A DNA stretch of 62,916 nt, the filler included, from Perkinsus chesapeaki ATCC PRA-425 (Eukaryota; Protista; Perkinsozoa), in NCBI GenBank assembly GCA_013115145.1. It is 4 parts of 4 records of this genome, joined end to end, with 100 filler letters (N's around TTAATTAATTAA, not from the genome) between each part and the next. Parts side by side here need not be neighbours in the genome. Positions count along the whole stretch, not along the records: positions 1 to 24,143 come from JAAPAO010000553.1; 3 more parts are not named here. One strand, given 5' to 3'. The notes below the pieces were generated by a model that did no database searches, was not told the DNA's origin, and was given only the letters and a program-made list of their open reading frames with translations. This document shows, in pieces, positions 1 to 17,282 of this stretch. Numbering within the stretch: position 1 is the first letter of the stretch; each line of letters opens with the position of its first letter. A program made the position numbers and the translations under genes.

Positions 1-468
1 ATTCAATCACTTATCATGCCTAACAGCTCTTCTTCAAGTGTTGAGTCTACCAGTTCGGGGGTTATTGCAAACAGGGCTACCCCTCGCCCAAGGCTAGCGC
101 GCATTCAGCGTATGCGTGCAACTTGTTGACGCGTGCCACACCTCCGAACATCAAGTTGACTCTCATGAACATCAATTTCTCCTCGGCGAGCAAATTTGGA
201 GAGCGAGAAGATCTATTTCGCTGATAGACCTCTCAATTTCCCGTAAGACTCTCAAGTTTGGCAAGAGAACTCGATGTTAGAATATTGAGAATCCTATGGC
301 GAGATTGGAAGGTATATCGGCGGAGTAGGGCTCTCCGTTTCAGGTTTGTGCGCACCCTAATTCGCTCCCCAATGCAGAATTGATGTGCATAAGTATGAGA
401 TTGTTATTCAAAAGGTGTTGAATTAGCTGGGTTGAAACCTCCTATTCACCCCACAGTCTACATACGCT

Positions 469-1347
469 TTGCTCCAGCCTGTAATGTTCTCCTTCCTTCT
501 CCTGCTACCAGTAGCGGCTGGTGAGTCGACGTGGAATTATGAAGATCAAGCTAACTGGCCTGAGCAATGCCATACCAACTCTCGTCAGTCGCCGATCGAC
601 ATTCATGACTCAGCTGTCGACAGCTCGATGCGGGCAGCCGGTCTTTCTTTCAACTACGGTATTGCAAGAAACATGTCTGTTCTCCTCGGGCCTCATTTGG
701 AAGGTGACATTCACCACGACGAGAACTGGCATCTGTCTGGAGTATTTGGCTTCACTAATGACAGGTATCGCCTTGCACAACTACATTATCATTGGGGCTC
801 CAACGACTCTACTGGCAGCGAGCACTACTTAAACGGTAACTCGTTCCCTGCGGAGCTACACATGGTCCACCATAATATGAAATACAGCAACCTGAGCGAT
901 GCCGTTGGCAAAGAAGGAGGCATCGCTGTTCTAGGCATTCTGCTTCGCGTAGGTAATAATGAATCAGCAGTAGAAGCCCTTCTAACCAGCCTGGCAGAAA
1001 ACACGACCGCGCCTCCAGTGAATCTTGCCGGGCTCATTCCCTCTGATGTTGCCACTAACTACTACACCTATAACGGTTCCTTCACAACTCCTCCCTGCAC
1101 TGAACATGTATCATGGATTGTAGCTGGAACTGAGCTAACTATTAGCGAGTCACAGTTGGCTCGCCTTCGTGATTTAACTCTTGATGGAAAGCCCGTCGGG
1201 CCGAATTATCGCGTACTCGCTCCTCAAAATGAGAGGCGCATCCTCGCTGGTGGCAGAAACGGTGATAGTAGCTATTCCGCAGGGCCTTTTTTATCGTATA
1301 TCGTTACCTCTCTTCTTTTCTTGTACAGCGCTTGTATTCAGCTGTAA
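469..1347 (+). CDS. Alpha-carbonic anhydrase, intronless, signal peptide and C-terminal hydrophobic (GPI-signal-like) tail
   Basis: Motifs W-N-Y..WP, RQSPIDI, QLHYHWG (two Zn-ligand His), SEHYLNG, ELHMVH (third His), YYTYNGSFTTPPCTEHVSW, NYR..Q. The track starts at TTG 469; first ATG is at 484. Confidence 0.95.
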   Translation: MLQPVMFSFLLLLPVAAGESTWNYEDQANWPEQCHTNSRQSPIDIHDSAVDSSMRAAGLSFNYGIARNMSVLLGPHLEGDIHHDENWHLSGVFGFTNDRYRLAQLHYHWGSNDSTGSEHYLNGNSFPAELHMVHHNMKYSNLSDAVGKEGGIAVLGILLRVGNNESAVEALLTSLAENTTAPPVNLAGLIPSDVATNYYTYNGSFTTPPCTEHVSWIVAGTELTISESQLARLRDLTLDGKPVGPNYRVLAPQNERRILAGGRNGDSSYSAGPFLSYIVTSLLFLYSACIQL

Positions 1348-3098
1348 TCAATAGTCATTAACTGCGTAGCATTCGTCATCCTATGCCTATGGGTAGGGTC
1401 CGCATCCGCGAATGCGTTTCTGCGGAACGGCTTCTGATGACGAGGACGGTGGCTCAACCGCCTGTCCGAGTGTCCAGTTGCTGATTGCCAGTCCACATGT
1501 CTCAAGGACTCTAATAGACATCGTGTTGTAGTCCAGTTGCTTGTAAATTATTGCTGCTTGCACCTCAATAGCACTGAAACTAGTTTACAGGCGCGAACGA
1601 GTGGATACGAACGATTCGGACCGAATTACCGTGAGCCGTGCCCTTTCTTCGCATTATCGAATCATGCGTAATGCGAAGGCAGATAAAATGACTTCAAGCA
1701 TTGCCGAACGCCTTCTGACGATGCTTGAAGGCTTGACAATTATTGGGCCTGCGCCCAATAATACCTATCCCTACACGAAACAATCCCGAGTGAGATGTTG
1801 TTTACATACCCTGTATAGCAACAGCAAGGGTAATAGTAATTGAATGTGTCCTGTTATTGAGGAGCACTGCTTGATTCGGAGTTAGCCGCTGAACACACGA
1901 GACGGCCCACGGAATATTCGCGGTAGGTATCATGATATTGGCCCATCTGTAACTCCCTTCGCCGCTGGTGCTTCCCCAACGCGTTATCGTACCATTTCCT
2001 CAGAGATTGCTGAATACTCGCGCACCATGATAGCGCAGTGTGCACGAGTTGCGGTTGCTGAAGAGCTCCATAGGGTCATATGTGTGTTTGATTATCGGGT
2101 TCGGGTGATCGGTTCTCCCGAGTGAAAGAGCATTCGGAGTAGGGTTTCGTTACCATATCGCTCTATTCAGAGCGCGGGAAGCTGCATCACTGAGGGAATC
2201 TTCAGTGATCTCATTTTAGCAATAGCCGAAGCCGAGGCGGGCAGGAGCCAGAATACACCACACAAAATAACAACCGCGGCGCGGCGTTTTGCCTCCGGAA
2301 TAAGGCCGCTGCTTTTACGTTTTTAGGGTGAAGTGAATGAAAAGTTCGTAGTAGATCGCTGAGTGTTCCTTCGTTCAGCTCAGTCCGATCCGGGTATACC
2401 CGTGGCTGATATCCACACCCGATCCCCAGTAGCGTCAGCAACAGTTGAGCATGGAAGCGAAGATAACGGAGGAGCTTCATAGTGAATACCGATCAACACG
2501 ATGTATGCTCGAATGGCGTGAAGGTGCATGTATTGAATTACTGCACCTTCACTTCATTGAGCTTCACTCACTGCATTGCTGTATGCCTGCCGGAAATGAA
2601 GTACAATGTGCTTTTGAACCTGAAGCCGAATCCACCTGTCTCCTACGGGTTACCAAGAGGGTAAGCGAATGGTGAGGATGGCCCGAATAATAAGCCGAAC
2701 ACGAGGTACCGAACACTTGCGGAGTAACCTCCCGGAGGTTACCTCCGGAGAGTCAATTTCATTATCGGCTGCAGCGTAATTGCCGCATTGGCATCCCATT
2801 TGGTTTAATGTAGTTCTTCGATGCGACCCTCCGTGGGAGTGCGTGAAGACTTTTCGACTTTAGAGGATTGGGCCAAGAATAGCGGGGTTGTCATTGTGCA
2901 CGAGCCCCTTTTCAGCTTTGTTCTGCGAAGTTTGAGATATGCATGTTAGAGAAACCTCCTTCATAATCTTTCAAAGTTAACCTTGCTGAAGTTAAGTTTA
3001 CCCGTGCGCCAGGCGCACTTGAGCACATGCGTGCGGAGGGTCGGTAGGAAAAACTCTAGTCGTGTTGCTGCCTATTACACTCTTCTCCTCACACCGCG

Positions 3099-3968
3099 AT
3101 GCTCTCAGTGGTTCTTCTCCTACCAGTTGTGGTTGGTCAATCAACGTGGAACTATGAGGATCAAGCCGCTTGGCCCGAATTATGCCACACCGGCTCTCGA
3201 CAGTCGCCGATCGACATTCACGACTCGTCCGTCGACAACTCTATACGAGCACCCGGTCTTTCACTGAACTACGGTACTGCGAACAACTTGTCTATTGTGC
3301 TTGGACCTGAGTTGGCGGGAAACATTCAACCCGACGAGAACTGGTATCTGTCTGGAGTTTCTGGCTTCACGGAGGACAGATTCCGCCTTGCACAGCTACA
3401 TTATTATTATTGGGGCTCGAACGACTCTATTGGCAGCGAGCACTACTTGAATGGTAAGTAGTTGGCCGCCGAGCTGCATCTGGTTCACTATAATATAAAA
3501 TTCAGCACCTTAAACGATGCTGTTGGGAAAGACGGTGGCCTCGCTGGTCTAGGCATTCTGCTTCGCGTAGGTGCTAGTAATGCTGGAGTAGAAGCTCTGT
3601 TGAACGGCCTTGACGGAAACACGACCGCGCCTCCAGTGAATCTTGCCGGGCTCGTTCCCTCTGATGTTACAACTAATTACTACACCTATAACGGTTCCTT
3701 CACAACTCCTCCCTGCACTGAGCATGTATCATGGATTGTAGCTGGAACTGAGCTCACTATTAGCGAGACACAGTTGGCTCGCCTCCGTGCTTTAACTATT
3801 GATGGGAATCCCGTCGGGCCAAACTATCGGGCACTCGCCCCTCAAAATGAGAGGCGCATCCTTGCTGGTGGTAAAAGCAATGATGACAGTTATGCCGCAG
3901 GGTCTATTCTGTCACCTATTATGCTATCGTTTATTTATTTGTATTATATTGCCATCCAACTCCCATGA
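3099..3968 (+). pseudogene. Second alpha-carbonic anhydrase paralog with in-frame TAG and lost Zn ligand
   Basis: Collinear with 469-1347 in one frame. TAG at 3459-3461 aligns to TCG(Ser) of copy 1 (HYLNGK*LAAELH vs HYLNGNSFPAELH). QLHYHWG has become QLHYYYWG. Confidence 0.85.
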
Positions 3969-4527
3969 GTACTTGAGATCTTGTCGTCGAAGGCAGACCG
4001 GGTCGGCCACAGTCAACCACGTGTGAAGGAATCTCGTTTTTGGAGAGCGTTATGAGTCATAACTTATCGCCTTATTCTGCGTCGCGTTCATGTTATTTCG
4101 GGCCAATGTCTGCTAACACCCCTGAGTCACTGTTCTGCAATCTCTGGTATTAGTCACTGTTCGCCCAGCCGTAAAGATATAATACGTGTATGCTCGCTTG
4201 GAGCATGACTACAGTGGTCCTGACCTAGCCACCCGTTTGGGTCTGGTCTCTGAATATCAGTCCACGTATTTCTCTCTACTGTGCCTCGAGTTATAATGAT
4301 AGTACTTGCGAACTCGTGCCGATCGTAACCTTGGAACACCACAGCAGTTCAAGAGGAGACAGGAACTAAGCTTATAAGTACTAGCAAGCCAGATAACTGA
4401 CCCTTTGCGTGCTGCCAGAAGGATATCATGCGTTCATACCACTCGCCCTTTGGGCGTGTTGGGTGATACAACAACACATCTAATGCAGAGTTTGAATTGA
4501 CATAGGAATCGGGCAACTGGAGCGTAA

Positions 4528-7500
4528 TCAGACGAGCTCATCACTCGTGTCTTCTGTAACGGTAACGTTACTGGCATGATCATTCATAAAAACTCGATAA
4601 CGTCTATTTGCTACACGACACAGTTCGGAGTGGAAGGTGGTGCAAATGACCTGAATAGCAGCATTAATAACAATTATTATCGGCGGTTTTCTTTACCTGA
4701 GCAGGATTGCCTGATTCGGGGTTGGCCACCGAACAGACGAGACGAGCCACAGCTTCGCGATATCTGAGACAAGACAGAGTGGTATGAGACAGGCCATGCC
4801 AGGTGCAACTTACTGCGGGTCGAGGGCTGCATCGATCTCGTCGAAAATATAGAATGGGGGCTGCTCGACTCTCTGCATTGCGAGAAGGAGGGCCACTGCA
4901 ACCTTAAAAAAGTGAAGCTGCTATCAGAGTTATACGGCTACGGAAATGACGATGACCAGAGCAAGGTTGCACTTCTCGTGGTACAACTGAGTGCGACGGA
5001 AGAACCCACCACAGTCTTTTGGCCACCGCTTAGCTCCGGCATCCTTCTCATTCTTCCCTTAGCTGCCGAGAACGTCACCTCCAATGCAACACCAACATAC
5101 CTCAAGCAAGGCAGTATAACGCAAAACGGTTATTAAACGCTAGCTTACTCTTCCTCGCCGGTTGAGGAGCTCACAGTGCTGTCGCTTTCATCGCCCTCAG
5201 TTGGCTTTCTACACGGATTCCGTCTGAGTAGCTTCATCCTTGCATTCCCGCTGGGAACCTGATATCGAGCTCCAATCAGGAGGACTTGCGGGCGTACAAG
5301 CTCATTAAATGCATTGGAGAAGTTCTCATTAATTTGAGCAAAACTCTTGATAATGTTATCTTTTTTCTCAGCATCAAGACTTCTAATAAGATCATCTATG
5401 GCCGCCTGATGAGGGTCAATGGGTCCGTCGGATGAATCCGTGTTTCGGACTTGGCCTTCGTCCATTTCCTGTTGTTTATGTAACAACTCTTCGTACTGCC
5501 CATTCAGCTGCTGGTACCTGCGTTGCTGAGGATTGCATGTCAATCTGATGAACAACAATCCCGCCTTACTGTTCCTCAGCTTTGTTATTAACACGGTTGA
5601 GTTTAGAAATGTCTATTGTGCATTGTGCCAGTCTTTTCTGCAGTACACTTGTATCCTGAATAACACAACTTAACGGACTTAACCGACTTATCAAATCCAC
5701 GGTTAATGAATGATAGCCATTCAAACACAGGACTACACAGCGTATTTGCGGTGTACATCTGTGATGCTTCTGATAACGCCATCGATGTCCTCAACCTCCG
5801 GCTGCCGAGCTATGATCTCATCAAGTTCGGAGTTCGCCAGACTCTGCCGTTCTCCGTAGCTTGATGGGCAAATATTCTGAGCCAATCTCTCTGAAATACT
5901 TACTATTTAACCTTATGCATTTTCTCATCTAAAGCCGCCTGATTTGCCGCAACTGAGGACTCCAGTTCGGCAGTCTCGTTCGCTAGGTCCTCCAAGTAAG
6001 AGGCTGCATAATGCACTTCATGGGGCTCGTTCATAGGGACTTACACTGCGAACTCTCAGCCTCGCGCAGCTCTGTCATTCGCTCCTCCGCGAGCAACAAC
6101 TCTTGTTCGATGTCAGCGAGCTCCCCGGCTAGCCACCGTATCCTCCTGACAGTTTCAGCTGCATTGCACCATCTCTGACGCGTCCAACTGCTCATCCTTC
6201 ATAGAGGACTCTTCCCTTCGTATCCGTTCAGATGTCCTTTCGCGTATCTCATTTTGCAAGGTAAGGACACGCTTTCTATATACGAGCGCATGTCGTGACC
6301 GGAGACCCTCGATAACTTCGCGCAGCTCTGCCATGGCCCTGGGAGGCGTATCCCTGTTCGTTGGAGGTTCCGGTCTCACTTCATTCTTTCTGCCAACGTC
6401 TTTTTCTTCTCTGACAAATCCTGGTCTAGGCGGTGCAACTCAGCGGCTTCTGCCTCCGTCACACCCCCGGCATCGCCCACATCGGGTACTTAGACAAAAC
6501 ACTTATTGCACCCGTTAGGCATGTAGCACCTCGTGCTGCTGCTGCTGTTGCTTCAAGTACAGTGATATCTAACTTTAATGAGTTGCGTTCTATGTCGTAC
6601 TGCCTAGCTAATCTGAAGGCAGTGGATCTTTGTTCAGGTTCCTCATATCGAAGAGAGGGCTTGTCTCACCGCTTTGTGACATCGATGCTGTGAGTGAGCC
6701 CCTGCCGAGCCTCCACCAGCTCCGACAGCTCTCGGTTGCTCACAGTTTCGCTCTGGAACGCAGACTGCCGCCAGCATATTCTCGAGAGGCTCACGCGTAA
6801 GTTTTGTTGTAGTTCGTTTCCAAACAGGGAGAGATTCTGCTCAAGTTCATCTTTAAAGGATTCCTTCTGCTGGATCTCTTGAGAAACTTTCTCGTATTCT
6901 TCCTCAAGGGTTTTCATCTCCTCTCGGAGGGACGACAGTTTTGCCCTGACTCGATTGAGTGGTTGGCAATGTTCTGGACATACGATTACCAACTAGAGAT
7001 CCTCGTATAACACTTTGGATCGATGAAGCCTCCTTTTAGAGCGCCTGAGCGAATAGTCAGGTAAGCTCTCGTAGCTCACGGCTGAGGGCGCTCTGCTAGC
7101 GACAGGCGGCGAGTAGAACGATGCACCTCTTCGAGTGAATACATCTCCAGCTGCAGTGACAACGCTAAGGCCCCTCTTCGTGAGCCTTTGTTCATCCCCC
7201 GCTTTTGCTGCCAGCGCGTACCTGAAGGCACTTGCCATCCAGCTGACGCATACCAAAGGGTTGGCACCTCTTCCACACCTTTTCTGCCGCACACTTGGCC
7301 CATACGGGAGCCTCAATTACATCTGTCAAGAATACTAACCCATTCTCCCTTAGCGGTGGCGATGTCGTGGATGCCGATAGCTACGAGATAGGGCTACTGT
7401 GGTGCTGTTGGAGCAAGTCAAACCGTACATTTTCAAGAGGGCAGAAGGTAGCCTTCAGATGCCTTCTACCGTCCTCCCGTTTTGAGTTCAACCACTCGAT

Positions 7501-10192
7501 GCATGTATCTGCAACTGCCTCGTTCTCAACAAGAATGCTGAATAGCTGGGGCCCGGCAGTAACCTCAGCGACTAGTCGGTATTCCTGAATGGTCATCACA
7601 GTGTACGTTACAAAGTCGATGAGAGTGGCTGCCGACCTCAGGAACGGTGATGTGTTCGACAAGCATGCCGTGGACCCCTTCGATATCGGCTTGCATGATA
7701 GCGTCATATCTGACCTCAAGCTGCTACCAGTAAAGTCGCCCACATCGCGGAATACCCTCCCCTAACTCCTGGTGGCGCAGCGCGCCAAAAGTCATCTACC
7801 AACGAACGCTCCTTTTGGCGCGTATCTTCACCAGTTTCTCTCATTGTGCTTGCTGCCTGATAATCACCAACAGGTTCCCTCTGGTGTTCCGGTCTTTCTC
7901 TCACTCGGATGTGCTCCCTTATCGCTTCTGAGACTGCGAGTATCTCAGAACTGGTATCCTTCACCTCCTTCTGCAATCGCGATCTAGTATCCACAAGTCT
8001 GTCAATTTCCCTTTCTTTCTCCTCGATCCTGTTGACGAGGTCGGCGTCTGCACATTTGGGCTTCGTATTTGCCAGCCATTTCATAATACCGCAGTTAGAG
8101 TATCCTATTCAGTCTTACAGTGTTCTTGGTCCTTAGCGGTCCTGTCCTTGTTCCTATTAAGTAGACCCCCAAGCTCCTCGAGACGGCGCTGCTTTCGCTC
8201 AAGTATGTTTTGTACGTCCTCGCCGCTCCCCTCAGTCGATTGACTGCATTGACTAGATTCCACTAGTTGGTGTTTCTCACTTGGAATTCCTTTTCCTAGC
8301 CGCAAGGCGTTCACGAGCTTTATTCAATGCGTCGACGTCTGTTTGGAGTTGGCTGAAATGATAACAGCGAGTACAGCGATTGATAAACGATCTGAAAGTT
8401 CGAGAGAAGGGAACAATCAGGGTACCCTCAATTAAGTGGTCAAAAATTTCAGCGACAGTTTGGCCGAGTGGTCCAAGGCGGTGGCTTTAGGCGCCATTCC
8501 GAAAGGGCGTGGGTTCGAACCCCACAGCTGTCAGTTATGCTTGACGTTTTCGCATCCCACCTTCGCGGGACTTTTACGTGGTGCTGCCAAAATACGGTAA
8601 CCTCGCTTCAGTCTACACCCTATCATAACGCCAGCGCCTTGTTAAACTGGATGTTATGGATGCCAGCAGTGCTCTCCCAGCACTCCTCACTGAAGCTTCT
8701 CCTCCTCGTCCTCTAGAATGCCTTTATTCCGGTCTATGGACAACGATAAACATTCGGCCTCTTCTTTACTAGTTTCGAGCTCAGCCTGTAAGCGTTTCAT
8801 GTCATTGGCACCTAACACAAGGTAACTAGGAAAAACAATGTAATTCCGGATGCGGCGGCGCACATTCAATCTCGGAGTGGTTTCGCAACTCGGTCCCGGC
8901 CGACAACTCCGCATGCTCCACGGCCAGAGTGTTACGCTCGGTAGCAAGTTTTGATACTGAGAAGAAGCCGCGCTGCAATCACAGTAATACGTTCGGATAC
9001 CGCGGGCTGCGAAGTCTGCTGTCTCGCGGTGGAGGCCTTCGTGGGTGTTCTTTTCTTTGTCAACTTCCATCAGCAAGTCCGCCAAGACGGCACGGTCATG
9101 CTTGAGCTCCTCGAGCACTACTTTTGCCTATCAGTAACCGAATAAATAACAGTTCACCATACCGTCGAGATCTGCCAACAGATGTCGGCGGCAATCACCT
9201 CTATTGTCAACCTCTGTGCCTCCTTGACGCAATGTTGCTTCTCTCTGTCCGCTATGACGATTTCAAGGGCCGTCTTCTCGCGGACGGCGCCCTTGAACCT
9301 GGCTACCATGATACTGCCGTCCTTAGTGACAGAAATACTCGTTCAGTTCCGCTCGGTCGGTTTCGAGCTGCTCGAGCTTGCTCCGCATTTCCTCCATAAT
9401 ATCGGATGTCTGTTCGCGCTTCTTCTTAGTTTTTTCCATCACGGCCAGCGACTCCGCACGTCTAGCAGAATCATTGCCTTTGATGCCAAAGTGCACTCAC
9501 CTTAGATCGTATACTCGAGTTCCAGATACTTCCTTCAGCAGATCGAGCCGCTTAGCATCCGAAATGAGAGCCAGCGATGAAACCTTCCCTTGTTCCACCA
9601 TATAGTATCTACGTTTAATGTGAGCTACCGTGTCTAGAAGGCAGACTCACGTCCTGCTCTTAGTGCTGATGCCAGCTGCCTCTAGCCAGCTTTCAACCTC
9701 GGCCTTTGTAGCCTGCTTGCCATCCCAGTGATATCTGTCGACTGATATTTGTCGATTAATTGAGTTGGCAAAGCTACACGTCAGTCTTTAGTGTGATAGT
9801 CCTCCTCACTGTAACTTCATGCTTGTCTACCGGAATGCGTGCATCAGTGTTGTCCAGTGTGAGCTCCACATAGGCTGAGCTCACTTGCTTTCCATGACCT
9901 GAAGGGCCCCCTGTCCTACTTAGTGAGCATCGTGTCTCTACTTTGATACAACAGTGACCTTCTCTGTTGCTCGGATACAATTCGATCGCCCCCGAGGACA
10001 AAGCGAATGGCGGAGTATCTATGCCAGAGTATCTTCGAGGTCGAGTTTGCTTCACCAATATGACACTCACATATTGCTCTTTCCGCTACCATTAAGCCCT
10101 ACGAATACGTTAACACCGGCGTGGAGATCTACTATAGTAGTTTGGTCTCTATAGGTCTTATAACCCTTTAAGGAGAGCTTCTTTAAATGCAT
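4528..10192 (-). CDS. SMC3: Cohesin subunit SMC3, paralog A (multi-exon, canonical ATPase motifs)
   Basis: Hand-spliced exons: MHLKKLSLKGYKTYRDQ..GLNGSGKSN (Walker A); SAYVELTLDNTDARIPVDK; YYMVEQGK (Q-loop, 9587-9595); hinge GALKGGF (~7028-7044); ELSGGQKTV (5019-5033); PFYIFDEIDAALD; QVICTTFHSEL; stop TGA 4528-4530. Not every internal exon was checked. Confidence 0.92.
8442..8453 (+). promoter_or_regulatory. Shared 5' flank motif AAA(A/T)TTCA immediately upstream of three tRNA genes
   Basis: AAAAATTTCAGC before Leu(TAG), GAAATTTCAGA before Arg(CCG) (54674-54684), CAAAAATTCAAC before Leu(AAG) (minus strand, 49033-49044). Regulatory role is inference. Confidence 0.35.
8454..8533 (+). tRNA. tRNA-Leu (anticodon TAG, reads CUA), antisense inside an SMC3-A intron
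   Basis: GACAGTT/AGCTGTC acceptor stem, TGGCCGAGTGG A-box, GTGGC-TTTAGGC-GCCAT anticodon arm, long variable arm, GGTTCGAAC B-box. Confidence 0.95.
10071..10192 (-). repeat. 122-bp direct repeat = coding exon 1 of SMC3-A (partner at 16132-16253)
   Basis: Direct comparison: 121/122 identical, one synonymous AAC/AAT difference; identity stops at the ATG and at the GT donor. Confidence 0.95.
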
Positions 10193-10408
10193 TGGCAAAA
10201 GATGGCCCACAGAGAACAAATATATGTATATGCACCAGTACGACGCACCAGGCGGTGTACCAGGCAGCAGCCGTGCGGAAGGTCACCGCGGTTCTGGATT
10301 GTCTCGGTCGTGGTGGGCGTGTCCCCGATTAACGGAACAAAGCGGGTAACTCGGGCGGGAAACTTAATTGGAATGTTTAAAACTTGCGTGTAAGAAGCAA
10401 CAATATGA

Positions 10409-16253
<5,845 letters not shown>

Positions 16254-16353
16254 TTAAGTTAATTATGAACTGACGATCAACCATCATTGACTATACTTCA
16301 ACACCGACCAAATGACCCGATTAGATACCATTCAAAGGAACAATACAACAACC

Positions 16354-17121
16354 CTAGCCGAACATCCCCGCCAACTGTTTCCGCTGCCGTACCGCCTCCG
16401 CTTTCTTTTTCTTCTCTACAACGTCCATTTCAGCTTTGACTGCCCTACACTGCAGTATATCTCCCAACACCACGAGCCCAGAGCTACCTATCAGTGGGAT
16501 CCAATGCCGCAGCCTCCTTCAAGTCTGACATAGCTTCATCATAGTCCTCTAAAACAGCACACTAGGAAGGCTTATAAGAGCAAACGACGTAAGGAGTGTT
16601 ATATTATATTATACCTCTGCCAATCCATGCCATTGCTCGACGGTAGAATGCCTTAGCAGTAGGCTCAATGTCAATAGACCTACTAGCCGCCTCAATAGCT
16701 TTACGATATCTAAATGACTTATATCCAAATTATCCATACCACACTTTCCTCAACTTTTCCTCCTTGCAGTAGCAATTAGCCATGTTCAAATGTATAGTCC
16801 GTTTAAGCTGGTTAATATCATCCAAATCCTCAGTATTATTCGCTATTGGTCCCCCAGAGCCCACCATTGCCGCCATCGTATCGGCCTCAGTTGCCTTCTG
16901 TCCAGGAACCCTCACAACTGACAACTACCATACCCCTGCCGAACACCCACCTCTACCTTTCAATTCGTTGAGGGACAAATGGTATTTAAAAAGGGTCTTC
17001 TTATAATTGCAAGCTTTGAAAAACCTGTGGAGATAATAAGCCTGATCAATAGGCCTCCACACTACTCGTTGCCGTCAGCTTTGTACGCCTTGGCGGTCTC
17101 TATAATAGTCTTCACTTCCAT
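16354..17121 (-). CDS. Small three-TPR protein (FKBP/TTC9-like co-chaperone TPR type), multi-exon
   Basis: Spliced reading: MEVKTIIETAKAYKADGNE|FFKACNYKKTLFKYH..RTIHLNMANCYCKEEK|YRKAIEAASRSIDIEPTAKAFYRRAMAWIG|DYDEAMSDLKEAAALDPTD..KQLAGMFG*. Confidence 0.8.
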
Positions 17122-17282
17122 GGTTTCAAATTTCAATTCAACGTCGAAAGTATCAAAATCTTGCACACTTATACAATCTTGTATTTACTCAACGCATCAT
17201 TTCCGCAAGGCTCAATCTGCTGCAGATGGGTATCCTATCCCGCTGTTTGTCGCATTGCGTCCACTGTAGTTGGATTGTGTTA

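Noticed and set aside
1400-2950. Short ORFs between the two CA genes
   Set aside because: All frames are interrupted by stops and no motif or consistent splice pattern could be built.
8454-8533. tRNA with anticodon TAG as a possible suppressor of the in-frame TAG in CA copy 2
   Set aside because: Anticodon TAG reads CUA (Leu); an amber suppressor needs anticodon CTA. Other genes here end normally at TAG.
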